Shown here piece by piece: positions 51,894 through 60,644 of a stretch of 64,000 nt of DNA. Each line of letters opens with the position of its first letter. Positions within the stretch are counted from its first letter, which is position 1. Made by a program: the position numbers and the translations under genes. The notes under the pieces are model-generated. The model saw only the letters and a program-made list of their open reading frames with translations. It made no database searches and had not been told where the DNA came from. Source of the stretch: a virus. The stretch covers positions 50,595 to 114,594 of IMG/VR virus record IMGVR_UViG_3300049259_000177; one strand, written 5' to 3'.

Positions 51894-52159
51894 ACCGTCA
51901 CCTCATCGGGCATGGTCCGGCCGGACGCGTCGAGAATGTGGACCCAGCAGCCGGTGCCGAGGATGAGTTCGCCGTCGCGGATGGCGCCGGTCCAGCGAAC
52001 CCGGTGGCCGCACGTCGCGTGCGCGACACAGGCGGCGTGCTTCCCGTTCGGGGAGTCGGGGCAGTGGTCGTAGGTGCCGCCGTCGTCGCCGGAGAGGGTG
52101 TCGACGAGGCCGACGCCGGGCTCGCGGTTGAGCAGGGCTCCGCAGTGCGCGCAAGTCAT
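51890..52159 (-). CDS. Small Cys-rich protein
   Basis: ACAGGAG RBS, operator promoter; CAHC, HCPDSP, CGH. Confidence 0.65.
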   Translation of the reverse strand: MTCAHCGALLNREPGVGLVDTLSGDDGGTYDHCPDSPNGKHAACVAHATCGHRVRWTGAIRDGELILGTGCWVHILDASGRTMPDEVTV

Positions 52160-52176
52160 GATCGTCTCCTGTCGTG

Positions 52177-52234
52177 CCGGGGTCGCTCTCCCCGGTCAGG
52201 AACGACCGTACACCCGCTTAGCGTCAGGTGGCAA
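52177..52234 (-). promoter_or_regulatory. Early-type promoter with operator and hairpin
   Basis: TTGCCA-N5-CGCTAAGCGGGTG-TACGGT, then CCGGGG-AGAGCGA-CCCCGG. Confidence 0.75.
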
Positions 52235-53432
52235 GCCTGACGGGCATGACGAGATAGGAGAAGCCGGGATCGTCGGGGTTGGTGAGCAGCACGGGCTTGT
52301 GCTCACCGCCGAAGCGACAGGTGACCTTCTCGCCGCCGAGCGCGGCGAGCCCGGCGGTCACGTAACGGGCGTTGAAGGCGACGCGGAGCCGGTCACCTTC
52401 CCATTCGACCTCACGAACCTTGCGCCGCACACTCGCCTCACCGGTGTCGTCGGCGTGCACACCGCCTGCGACTTCGACGACACCCTCGCCTAGCCACTCG
52501 GCGGTGACCGGGGCGCTGCGGACGACGACGGCGGCCTGCCGGATCGCCTCGGCGAGTGACGCGCTCGGGATATTCGCGCGGGCGACCTGAGGGACGTCCA
52601 TGAGCGCGCGGTACCTCGGGAACTCACCGTCGTAGAGGCGGGCGTGGAACACGCGCGAGCCGCCGACAAAGGTCAGGACGTCGTCGCTGCCGCCCCGGCC
52701 GGACGGATCGCGGTTGAGATAGACCTCGACCTCCGGTTCCTTCGCGAGCGCCTTGCCCATCCGCTCCATCACCCTGCTCGGGATGTTGAGGGGGCCGAGC
52801 CGGGCCGGGAAGTGCCCGGGCACCTCGGCGACGGCCAGCCGGTAGCGGTCGGTCGACGCGGCAACGATCTTGTCGTCGACGGTCTCGACGTGCGTGCAGG
52901 TAAGGATCGGCAGGCTGTCGTCGCGTCCGGCCGCGATGGCGCCGCGCGCCAAGTAGGCGAGCCTCTCACCAGGCATGACGAACAACTGCTCGCCGATCTC
53001 CGGTGGCGCGGGCCACTCCTCGACCGGCAGTGTCGGTAGTTCCATGTCGAGGTCGTCCCCGGCCGACAGTCGCAGGCGGCTCTCGCTGTGCTTGCCGGAG
53101 GTGATCGTCAACCGCAAGTCGACGCCGCGCGGAATGACGTGCAGCATGTCGTTGAGCAACCGCGCGGGCACGAGGGCGTGACCGCTGCCACCGGCGGCGA
53201 GGATCGACTGCTGCGCCGAAGTCTCGTAGTCGAAGGTCGACGCAGTCAGCGAGCCGTTTCCCGCATTGAGTAGGACGCCTTGCAACACCGGGAGGGACAG
53301 CGCGGTAGAGCGCATGGCGCTCGCTGCCCATCGCAACGCAGCGGAGAGATCGTCACGAGCGACGGTGGCGGCAAGGTCGGGCGGAGTTTTCCTCCCCGCG
53401 TACGCGCGAGCCTCGGTGGCGGCAACACTCAC
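52224..53432 (-). CDS. dnaN: DNA polymerase III beta sliding clamp
   Basis: LPVLQGVLL, FDYETSA, DDSLPILT, STDRYRLA, DGEFPRY, FNARYV, YLVMPVR. Confidence 0.92.
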   Translation of the reverse strand: MSVAATEARAYAGRKTPPDLAATVARDDLSAALRWAASAMRSTALSLPVLQGVLLNAGNGSLTASTFDYETSAQQSILAAGGSGHALVPARLLNDMLHVIPRGVDLRLTITSGKHSESRLRLSAGDDLDMELPTLPVEEWPAPPEIGEQLFVMPGERLAYLARGAIAAGRDDSLPILTCTHVETVDDKIVAASTDRYRLAVAEVPGHFPARLGPLNIPSRVMERMGKALAKEPEVEVYLNRDPSGRGGSDDVLTFVGGSRVFHARLYDGEFPRYRALMDVPQVARANIPSASLAEAIRQAAVVVRSAPVTAEWLGEGVVEVAGGVHADDTGEASVRRKVREVEWEGDRLRVAFNARYVTAGLAALGGEKVTCRFGGEHKPVLLTNPDDPGFSYLVMPVRLAT

Positions 53433-54067
53433 GACGGGACTCCTGCGATGTGGTCGAGCACGACACCGGCGGCGCGTGCGTGGGACAGGACGTGGCCGAG
53501 GTCGCGGGCCGGACCCTCGACGGGAACGAAGTAGAGGGTGACGGCTTCGCCGACACCGGGGACGAGACGGTAGTAGCCGTCGGCCTCGACGCCGGTACGC
53601 ACCACGACGTGCACGGGTGCACCGCCCGGGCCGCTGCCGCCTTCCTTCGCGCGGAGCCCGGCCTTGATGAGCATCCCCGCGAGCATCTCGCAGCGCTCGT
53701 ACAGTGACGTCGCCACTTGCCGGTCCTCCTCTCGCGTCGGAGTTGGGCCATGCAGTTCCTCACGGAGCCGCTGGGCGACCGCAGTCTGCGCGTCGCGGAC
53801 CTTGCGCGCCTTGTCGCGACGGGCGCGCAAGGTGTGGACGAGATCCGGCTTATGCGCCTCCGCCTCGTCCATGTCGAGGAGCCGGTTGAGCACTTGGTAA
53901 TAGCGCGTCGTGGAGATCTCTGGAAACACCTCGCGGATCGCCGCCAACTTCGGTCCGCTGTTCGCGTGACCGCTACGCGGATGCGTGCGCGCCCACTCCT
54001 CCTCGAAAATGAGGACGGAGCGCTCGAAGTCGCCGAACTGCTCGCGCTGGGCCGCTATCTCGTCCAT
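53429..54067 (-). CDS. DUF3263-containing protein (an in-frame longer form from 54274 is possible)
   Basis: FEEEW.....K.AAIRE.F..S.TRYYQVLNRLLD; own RBS, hairpin and promoter at 54070-54128. Confidence 0.75.
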   Translation of the reverse strand: MDEIAAQREQFGDFERSVLIFEEEWARTHPRSGHANSGPKLAAIREVFPEISTTRYYQVLNRLLDMDEAEAHKPDLVHTLRARRDKARKVRDAQTAVAQRLREELHGPTPTREEDRQVATSLYERCEMLAGMLIKAGLRAKEGGSGPGGAPVHVVVRTGVEADGYYRLVPGVGEAVTLYFVPVEGPARDLGHVLSHARAAGVVLDHIAGVPS

Positions 54068-54170
54068 GAGGCTCTCCTGTTCGCCGGGTCGCTCGACCGG
54101 CTCGCCGCCACCGTACACTGGCTTAGCGACGGTTTCCAGGCACTTGTGCAACTGCTTCCATGACATGACG

Positions 54171-54557
54171 TCACCGACGGTCGCAGTACGCTCTGCGCCA
54201 CAATCGACGCAGCGGCCCATGATCGCGCCGGACGGGTGACCCGTCGCCGTCACCTCGAACTGCCGGTCGTCCACTGACGACCACCTCTCGCTTGACGATC
54301 ATGCCTTTGGGAAGCCGCTCGAAGATGCCGACCTGCTGTGGCTCGGCGCCCAGTGTGATCCTCGCTGCCAGCACAACACACTCGTCGTCTTCGAACACGC
54401 GGTAGCCAACGTTGGTGACGACGAAACCGTGGTCCTCGGCGAACTCGGGTACGTCGTCCAAGTCGGTCCAGTGACCGATGCTTGTCGCATCAGTCCACGT
54501 GATCTTCTCAAGGTCGTACTCGGCGAGTAGTTCCTCGTGCTTGCCCACGTTCGGCAC
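54171..54557 (-). CDS. Hypothetical phage protein
   Basis: ITWTDA...W...VG...EDDE.VVLA...P.GMI pattern. Confidence 0.55.
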   Translation of the reverse strand: MPNVGKHEELLAEYDLEKITWTDATSIGHWTDLDDVPEFAEDHGFVVTNVGYRVFEDDECVVLAARITLGAEPQQVGIFERLPKGMIVKREVVVSGRPAVRGDGDGSPVRRDHGPLRRLWRRAYCDRR

Positions 54558-54581
54558 TAGTCACGCCCCTCGACGTCGAGG

Positions 54582-55166
54582 TCAGGCAGCACGTGGCGCC
54601 CACAAGGTCGGCACGTCGGCATCGCGGCAGTAGAGCGGATGCTTGGGTGACCCATCTGTGTTGACCTGCAACGAATATGTCATCCATCCACCGTCACCGA
54701 TCAGCGCGCCGACGTGACGCGCACGGTCGGCGACGAGAACCCGGCCGCGCTTGCTCGACGGCCCACAACCCCAGCCGACGATGACGTGCGGCCAAACGTG
54801 CTCCGGCATGCCGAGCAGGAAGTCGTCGTTGTACTTACCGACCGGGTCGGCGGCGGTGAGCAGATCCGTCGGCCAGCGCGACCGGAAGGCGAACAGGTTG
54901 ACGATGAGCGCACCGCCCATGCCGTCGGCCTTCGCTCGCTTGAGGCAACGAGCGACCGTTGGATCGACGATGAACGCGTCTGCCGCGCTGGGATTCAGCA
55001 TGCAGTACGCCCGCCACGCGCCGGGTCCCCAGCACCGACTGAGGGCGTAGCGATAGACACGATCAGCGTCGAAGATCGCGTATGCCTCACCGTGCTCGTC
55101 GGAGTGCGCGGTGTCGACGACACAGTCGTCCGGCAGTGACAGCCTGTCTATAAGGTCGGCGGTCAC
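54582..55166 (-). CDS. DUF1643 family protein
   Basis: YRYAL.R.W, MLNPS.AD...DPTV.RC, VNLFA.R, PKHPLY. Confidence 0.85.
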   Translation of the reverse strand: MTADLIDRLSLPDDCVVDTAHSDEHGEAYAIFDADRVYRYALSRCWGPGAWRAYCMLNPSAADAFIVDPTVARCLKRAKADGMGGALIVNLFAFRSRWPTDLLTAADPVGKYNDDFLLGMPEHVWPHVIVGWGCGPSSKRGRVLVADRARHVGALIGDGGWMTYSLQVNTDGSPKHPLYCRDADVPTLWAPRAA

Positions 55167-55591
55167 GACAGGTGTGCCTTGTGCCGGTCCTGTCCACGCC
55201 GCTTAGGGACCTCGACGGTCGCGACGATCAACCCGGCGGTCGGCGTCGCTTCGAGAAACTCGATCAGCCCGTCGCGGGCCTTACGTGCCTCATCGGTATC
55301 GTCACCGGCTTTCGCGATCAACTCCCGGCAGGTCTCCATGTCGGTCGAGACCGGGATGGTTCGCCATACGACACCGGAGGCGCCAGGATGGTTCGCGGTC
55401 GCTGCGATCACTCGGTCGTGGGTGACCTGCCGGACTTCGGCGACGCTCTCCTCGTCGGCAAGGTCGGCGACAGCACCGAACTGCATGACGATATCGAAGT
55501 CGCTGCGGGGCCGCTCGCCGAGACGGCGGGCTCGCGCCTTCGCCTTCGCCTGCGCTCCCGGCTTGACCCGGCGGCCCCTGCTCTGCGGCAT
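55163..55591 (-). CDS. Hypothetical protein
   Basis: GAGGAG before MPQSRGRR; coupled to its neighbours. Confidence 0.55.
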   Translation of the reverse strand: MPQSRGRRVKPGAQAKAKARARRLGERPRSDFDIVMQFGAVADLADEESVAEVRQVTHDRVIAATANHPGASGVVWRTIPVSTDMETCRELIAKAGDDTDEARKARDGLIEFLEATPTAGLIVATVEVPKRRGQDRHKAHLS

Positions 55592-55595
55592 CTCC

Positions 55596-56174
55596 TCACC
55601 CGCCGTTCTCGCGGGTGAGACCGGCGACGCGCGAGCACACGGGCCACTGGCCGGGGCCGCTGGCGGCCAGTACGACCTGGGCGATCTCGACCTGCTCGGC
55701 CGGGGTTGCGAGGTAGGCGTAGGGCGCGTACTGGCCGCCGCCGTTGTTCGTCCAGGTCGTAGGGGCGAACTGCAAGCCGCCGTCGTATTCGGCGTCGATA
55801 CCCCAACGACCGCCAGACTCGCACGATGCGACCCGGTCCCATACTGCCGGGTAGCCGCCGGAAGACGCGAGCGCAACGACAGCGCGCTCACGGGCCTGCT
55901 GGGCGGCCCGCTTGCGGGCCTGCGCCAACGCCCGCCGGTGGGCCCGCTGGGCGGCCTCATGAGTCGCCTTGGTCAGCGCGCGCCGGTAGGCATCACGGGT
56001 GGCCCGCATCGGGTCGTCACGTAGCGCGTAGGAGGGCGCAGCGACCATCCTCGGCTTCGGTCGTAGGGGGGGCTTGGGCCCGGAGGCGATCGCGGCGCCG
56101 GAGGCGACGGCTATCGTCGCGACGGTCGCGAGAGCGAGAGGGCGCACGAGTCTCCTGTCACGGTTTGTCGGCAT
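55596..56174 (-). CDS. Secreted resuscitation-promoting factor (Rpf-like transglycosylase)
   Basis: Signal peptide, then WDRVASCESGG.W....YDGGLQF..TTW...GG..YA..A..AT..EQ..IA..VL...G.GQWPVC. Confidence 0.92.
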   Translation of the reverse strand: MPTNRDRRLVRPLALATVATIAVASGAAIASGPKPPLRPKPRMVAAPSYALRDDPMRATRDAYRRALTKATHEAAQRAHRRALAQARKRAAQQARERAVVALASSGGYPAVWDRVASCESGGRWGIDAEYDGGLQFAPTTWTNNGGGQYAPYAYLATPAEQVEIAQVVLAASGPGQWPVCSRVAGLTRENGG

Positions 56175-56180
56175 CCGTCC

Positions 56181-56213
56181 AGCCTGCCGGACGGCGGGCT
56201 TAGTGTCGCGTGA
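56181..56213 (-). promoter_or_regulatory. Late-type leaderless promoter for the Rpf gene
   Basis: TCACGCGACACTAA-N13-CAGGCT-N6-ATG. Confidence 0.65.
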
Positions 56214-56680
56214 GGTTGCGCCGGGCTGGCGCTTCACGCAGTCGCCGGATCGCGGCCTCGGTAAGCATCCAGACGCTCGCGTCGTTGCCGGAGCGGGTCT
56301 TACGGGTCAGCGGGACCGAGGCGATCATCACCGGTTCAAGCCAGCCGTCGGCCCGCAGCCGGTTCGTCGTCGCGGACACCGACTGGTGCATCCGGCCGAG
56401 GGTCTGTTCGAGTTCGTCGTCGGTCTGCGGCCGGACCCGTATCGCTTCGACGACCTCGGCGCGCAGCGTGCCGGACTTGGGCAGGTCTCGCAGCACGGCG
56501 CGGACACCCATCTCGGTGACGATGTTCGGGGTGATCGGAGCATCGGACCGGTGGCAACGGGGCAGCCGCCGTCTCTTCGTCGACGTGCCGATCATCGACG
56601 GTCGCGACACCGCAGATCTGACATTCAGGCGGGTCCTCGTCGTAGACGATCGGCTTCGCCTTGTGGTTGTAGACGGTCAT
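56200..56680 (-). pseudogene. Winged-HTH protein, apparently frameshifted near 56560-56580
   Basis: Coupled start MTVYNHKAKP..CQICG at 56680. The wHTH part (TDDELE..LG..HQSVSA....L...GW...RKTRSG..A.VW) is in another frame. Confidence 0.55.
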
Positions 56681-57003
56681 CCCGGTTCCACCTCCGCTCC
56701 ACCTGAGGTGGGGTCCGCGAACGCGAACGCCCGGAGCACCTTGCCGTCCGGCATCGTGATCTCCCAGGGGCCACTGATGAGCCCGTAGGCCCGCCACTGG
56801 CAGCCGCGCCCGATCCACTCGCGCTCGCCGGACACGTCGAGCAGCGCAACACCGATGCACTCCTGCCCGGCACGAGTTCGCATCTGTGGCGGCCAGTCGC
56901 GGACCGCCGCCTCGTCGCCGCAGGACGGGCAGACGAAGGTGTAGCCGAGCGGGTCGGGACCGAACCGGCGGATCGCTTCGGCGAGCCACTCGGCGTGCGT
57001 CAT
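56677..57003 (-). CDS. VVA0879-like conserved phage protein
   Basis: EA..RFG.D....FVCPSCG, QECIG, GC.W.AYGL..GP. Confidence 0.7.
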   Translation of the reverse strand: MTHAEWLAEAIRRFGPDPLGYTFVCPSCGDEAAVRDWPPQMRTRAGQECIGVALLDVSGEREWIGRGCQWRAYGLISGPWEITMPDGKVLRAFAFADPTSGGAEVEPG

Positions 57004-57266
57004 GTTCCGCGACTCAAGCAGAGGCACGTTCGCCCTCCTCGATGCAGCACGGGCCAAGGTAACGGCCATCACCGACAGCCTTGATCGGCGCGCCAGCCGG
57101 GAAGCCCTCCTGGCATCGGTCGCACACGCCGCCGTAACGCGAGGCGAACACGTAACGCTGACCAAACAGGCGAGCCCAGCGGGCGGACTCCTCGGCTTGT
57201 TCCGTGCGCTCTTTGGTCTCGACGCCGCGCAGGCGGTCGCAGTCCTCTTGCAGAAATCCGTGACAA

Positions 57267-57749
57267 TCACAGCGCGTCGGCACCGGCCACCTCCTTGTAG
57301 ACGAGGCCGCGCTGGATGCGCCAGACAGTGCCTCGATTCACGCCCCACTCGGCCGCGACGACCGACGACACCCTCGGGTCCGCCCTGATTGCGTTCGCTT
57401 GCTCTTGCGTCAGGTGCCGCAGGCTGTAGCCACGGTTGAGGCGCAGCGGGATCGCGCGCAAGTGTTCGACGTTGACGCACGGCCGATGCATGCACTCCGG
57501 TCCGCCCGGGCAGTCCGGCGACTCGCGATGGCACTTGTGGTCGACGTCATGGCCCGGTGGGATCGGGCCAACGAACTCAAGGTAGAACGCGACGTGAGCA
57601 GCGATCCGCTTGCCGTTGTAGCCGACGCAGCCATAACCCGCGCCGCCACCCTGTCGCCGCCGCGCCCCCGTCCATTCGTGACAGCCGTCCGGCCGCACGA
57701 CAACCCGGCTGAGCAGCCGCTCTCGGACGGGAATGTCCCGGGCTCTCAC
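57267..57749 (-). CDS. HNH endonuclease with C-terminal HTH
   Basis: GCHEWTG...GYG...AH..Y...G.IP.G..VDH.C...CVN.EHL. Confidence 0.88.
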   Translation of the reverse strand: MRARDIPVRERLLSRVVVRPDGCHEWTGARRRQGGGAGYGCVGYNGKRIAAHVAFYLEFVGPIPPGHDVDHKCHRESPDCPGGPECMHRPCVNVEHLRAIPLRLNRGYSLRHLTQEQANAIRADPRVSSVVAAEWGVNRGTVWRIQRGLVYKEVAGADAL

Positions 57750-58498
57750 GGCATCCTCCCTCGAAGGGCGAGGTCTGCGTCGCGGGCGGCGCGGACCATC
57801 CGGTTGAGGTTGAGGCTGCCCATCATCGCCTGCACGTCCGACACGATCTCGGCGGCACTGGCGGTGAAGTCCGGGTGCAGGTCACGCAGCGAGGTCCTCG
57901 GCACGACGTGACGCTCGACGTCGGCAGCGGTGGCGCGCAGGCGCGCGGCGACCGCCTTGGCGGACTCGACGTAGCGCTCGACGAGCGCGGCCTGCACGTT
58001 CTCGGAGACCCCGGCGTCGCGCGGTTCGAGCGGTTCCGGGGTGGCCGCCGTGACCGCGCCGAGCATGTCCGGGCCGGAGGGGGTGAGGCCGAGGGCCTCC
58101 TCATGCTGGCGGTCGCGCTCGGACTCGGCCGCGTCCTGCCCGGCGACCGGTTCGCCGAGCGCACCTGCGAGCCACTCCTGCGCTTGCTGTTCCAGCACCT
58201 CGTAGTGCTCGCCGACGATCGACTTCACGTCGGCTTCGCTGGCGATCGCGGTGAGCGTCTCCTCGCCGAGCATGAGTGGCACCCAGTACCAGCCGTCGGA
58301 GAAGGACTCGTTGCGCTCCTGCCGGGCGAGGATCGACCAGCCGCCCTGGGTGACGTCGTAGACCCGGCCGTGACGTTCGAGCCGGATCAGCCCGTCGAGT
58401 TCCTCGACGCCGGTCTCGCCGACAACGAACGCCTTGTCCGCGCCTCGGTCCGGCGGCATGATCGGCCGCCAGCGCAGCATGCGGGTGGGGGTGGTCAT
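57746..58498 (-). CDS. Hypothetical protein
   Basis: 250 aa in a translationally coupled run. Confidence 0.6.
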   Translation of the reverse strand: MTTPTRMLRWRPIMPPDRGADKAFVVGETGVEELDGLIRLERHGRVYDVTQGGWSILARQERNESFSDGWYWVPLMLGEETLTAIASEADVKSIVGEHYEVLEQQAQEWLAGALGEPVAGQDAAESERDRQHEEALGLTPSGPDMLGAVTAATPEPLEPRDAGVSENVQAALVERYVESAKAVAARLRATAADVERHVVPRTSLRDLHPDFTASAAEIVSDVQAMMGSLNLNRMVRAARDADLALRGRMP

Positions 58499-58761
58499 GA
58501 CGCGTCGATCTTCTGCGCGGCGTGCAGCCGGACGGACCCGTCGATCATCTGCGCGGCGAAGCGCGCCGCGAGGTCCGGGTCGGTGATTGTGAACACCAAC
58601 TCGAAGCCGTCGGAGAGCCGGACGGTGGCGGAGAGCACCGACTCACCGTCGGCGTTGCTCGTGAGCATCGTGTGGCACGACTGCACGGTCGGCAGGACCG
58701 GCACGGTCCGGTTGGACGTGCCGCAGGTGGTCGACGTGCGGGTCGTGTCGAGGGTGGTCAC
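58495..58761 (-). CDS. Hypothetical protein
   Basis: 88 aa, overlaps both neighbours by 4 nt. Confidence 0.55.
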   Translation of the reverse strand: MTTLDTTRTSTTCGTSNRTVPVLPTVQSCHTMLTSNADGESVLSATVRLSDGFELVFTITDPDLAARFAAQMIDGSVRLHAAQKIDAS

Positions 58762-60059
58762 GAGGCGGCCTCTCGTTGCTTGTCGGTCTCGTGCGCGTCG
58801 AGCAGTTCCTTGAGGGTCAGTCGCGGCGTCCGGTCATAGGACGACCGCGTCTCCCCGTATGTCTTGCGCAGGTAGGCGAGGCGCGGGCCGGTGATGCCCG
58901 CCGCGACGCCGGTGAGCACGTCGTCGACGTTGCGGGCACCGCTGTAGCGCCAGTCGTTGACGTGGCTGGGCTTCACGCCTGCTTCGTGCAGGCGCAGGAT
59001 GTCGCCGAGCAGTTCTTCGCTCCACCGGTACGCGCCGGTCAGTGACGGCACGTAGTGGCTCTCGCGTCGGCTGCCCTGTGAGGTGGTGGTAACCGCACCC
59101 GACCAGCGGCCGAGATCCTGTGGGGTCAGGTCGTTCGCGGCGAGGATGCGGCACAACTCAGGAGTCAGGTAGATACGGTCGCCGCTGCGACGACCGCCGC
59201 CGAACCATATGCCCTGACCTGTCCACTGGTAGCGGCCGATCTTCCAATCCGCGTCGGCGTAGGACTTGAGGTCGGCGAGGGTGTGGCCCTTGCCGAGCGG
59301 TCCGTCCTTGATCGGGTCGCCGTCCTGCTTGCGGGAGGTGCCGAACTCTTCGGGGTCACTGCCGTACGGCACCCATTCAGCCGGAATCCCGGCGAGCCGG
59401 TCGACCCACTCGGTCATCGGGATGCCCTGGCGCTGCGCGACGATCGCTGCGCCCGGCGCCACACCGTCGGCGGCGAACCTCGCGGCCTCGGACAGCGTGC
59501 AGCCCGCGACGCGGTAGCCGCGCAGCGCCTCGATGTCGGTAACACCGGAGGACGCGAGGCTCTCCCACTCGGCCGGGGCCAGGTCGAAGCCGTACGCGAA
59601 CGGGGAGATCTTGTGTTGGATCGCACTCTCGACGACCTTGCGGGCGTACGACGGGCCGTGACTGGCGGCGAGGAACCGCGTCGTCACCTTGCGCGGCTTG
59701 ATGGTGCTCACCCAGTGGCTCTCGAAGTCCTTGCGAGCGCCGTCCCAGCGGCGGGCGACGGCCGCCCACTCGTCGACATTATCGCGGTCCTGCGCATAGA
59801 TAGGCGCGCCGACCAGCGGCAGGATCAGGAGGTCGCGCTCGACCAGCGGCGGCTCGACGCGCTTGTCGCCGTCGGTCAACTCGAAGATGCCGCCGAGTGC
59901 GTCGTCACCGGCGCGCTTGCGATAGATGACGTCGAGATCGGAGATCCCGGCGCACTCGTATGCGAGCAGCGCGCGGGCGCCTAGCGACCGTCTGCGCAAT
60001 TCGCGGCGCGCCTCGCACGCGAGCAGTTCGAGCGCAGTCATCTCGCGCAGGTCGGACAT
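58758..60059 (-). CDS. Hypothetical protein (433 aa)
   Basis: Long GC3-rich ORF coupled to its neighbours. Confidence 0.7.
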   Translation of the reverse strand: MSDLREMTALELLACEARRELRRRSLGARALLAYECAGISDLDVIYRKRAGDDALGGIFELTDGDKRVEPPLVERDLLILPLVGAPIYAQDRDNVDEWAAVARRWDGARKDFESHWVSTIKPRKVTTRFLAASHGPSYARKVVESAIQHKISPFAYGFDLAPAEWESLASSGVTDIEALRGYRVAGCTLSEAARFAADGVAPGAAIVAQRQGIPMTEWVDRLAGIPAEWVPYGSDPEEFGTSRKQDGDPIKDGPLGKGHTLADLKSYADADWKIGRYQWTGQGIWFGGGRRSGDRIYLTPELCRILAANDLTPQDLGRWSGAVTTTSQGSRRESHYVPSLTGAYRWSEELLGDILRLHEAGVKPSHVNDWRYSGARNVDDVLTGVAAGITGPRLAYLRKTYGETRSSYDRTPRLTLKELLDAHETDKQREAAS

Positions 60060-60343
60060 TAGATCAGCCGCCCGCCGAGCAGCGGCCGGTTGGCGTAGCG
60101 CACGACCTCATCAATCGTGAAATCAGCGCGTCGGCCGTGGTAGTCGATGGCAACCGACGTGACACCCTGCGCGCGCAGTTTGCGCAGCCACGACAGGCTT
60201 ACCCGCTTACGGAAGGTGTAGCGCCGCCATCCGACCTCCGGCCGGAAGATCTGCCCGATCACCGGATGTTCAGCGGCGCCCGGCAACGTGCCGCAACCGA
60301 AGTACTCGGCAATACGCGCGGGAACCTGCGCTTGGTGGATCAT
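60059..60343 (-). CDS. Hypothetical early protein
   Basis: ACAGGAGG RBS before MIHQAQ; operator promoter and hairpin upstream. Confidence 0.65.
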   Translation of the reverse strand: MIHQAQVPARIAEYFGCGTLPGAAEHPVIGQIFRPEVGWRRYTFRKRVSLSWLRKLRAQGVTSVAIDYHGRRADFTIDEVVRYANRPLLGGRLI

Positions 60344-60360
60344 CTCGGAGCCTCCTGTCG

Positions 60361-60419
60361 GCGCGGTCGCTCTCCGCGCGGTCCCAGCATCGTACACCCG
60401 CTTAGCGCAGGTGGGTCAA
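60361..60419 (-). promoter_or_regulatory. Early-type promoter with operator and hairpin
   Basis: TTGACC-N6-CGCTAAGCGGGTG-TACGAT, then GCGCGG-AGAGCGA-CCGCGC. Confidence 0.75.
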
Positions 60420-60428
60420 GCGGAACGG

Positions 60429-60644
60429 CTACTTGTGCTCTATCGTGCCGAATACGCGCTTGACGATCTCGCGGGCTGGCTCATCACCGGCGCTGGGCTC
60501 GTCGATCGGCAGTAGATCCTTCGCGTCAATATTTCCTGACGAGCCGCCGTCGAAGCGCACGTGATAGCGGCCGTCCCCGACGTCGGCGCAGACGCGCCCG
60601 GTCGCGCCGTTGCTCTTGCGCCGGACGCGGGTACCCCTGTTCAC
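60429..60644 (-). CDS. Small SH3-like protein
   Basis: GTRVR....TGRV......YHVRFDGG pattern. Confidence 0.5.
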   Translation of the reverse strand: MNRGTRVRRKSNGATGRVCADVGDGRYHVRFDGGSSGNIDAKDLLPIDEPSAGDEPAREIVKRVFGTIEHK

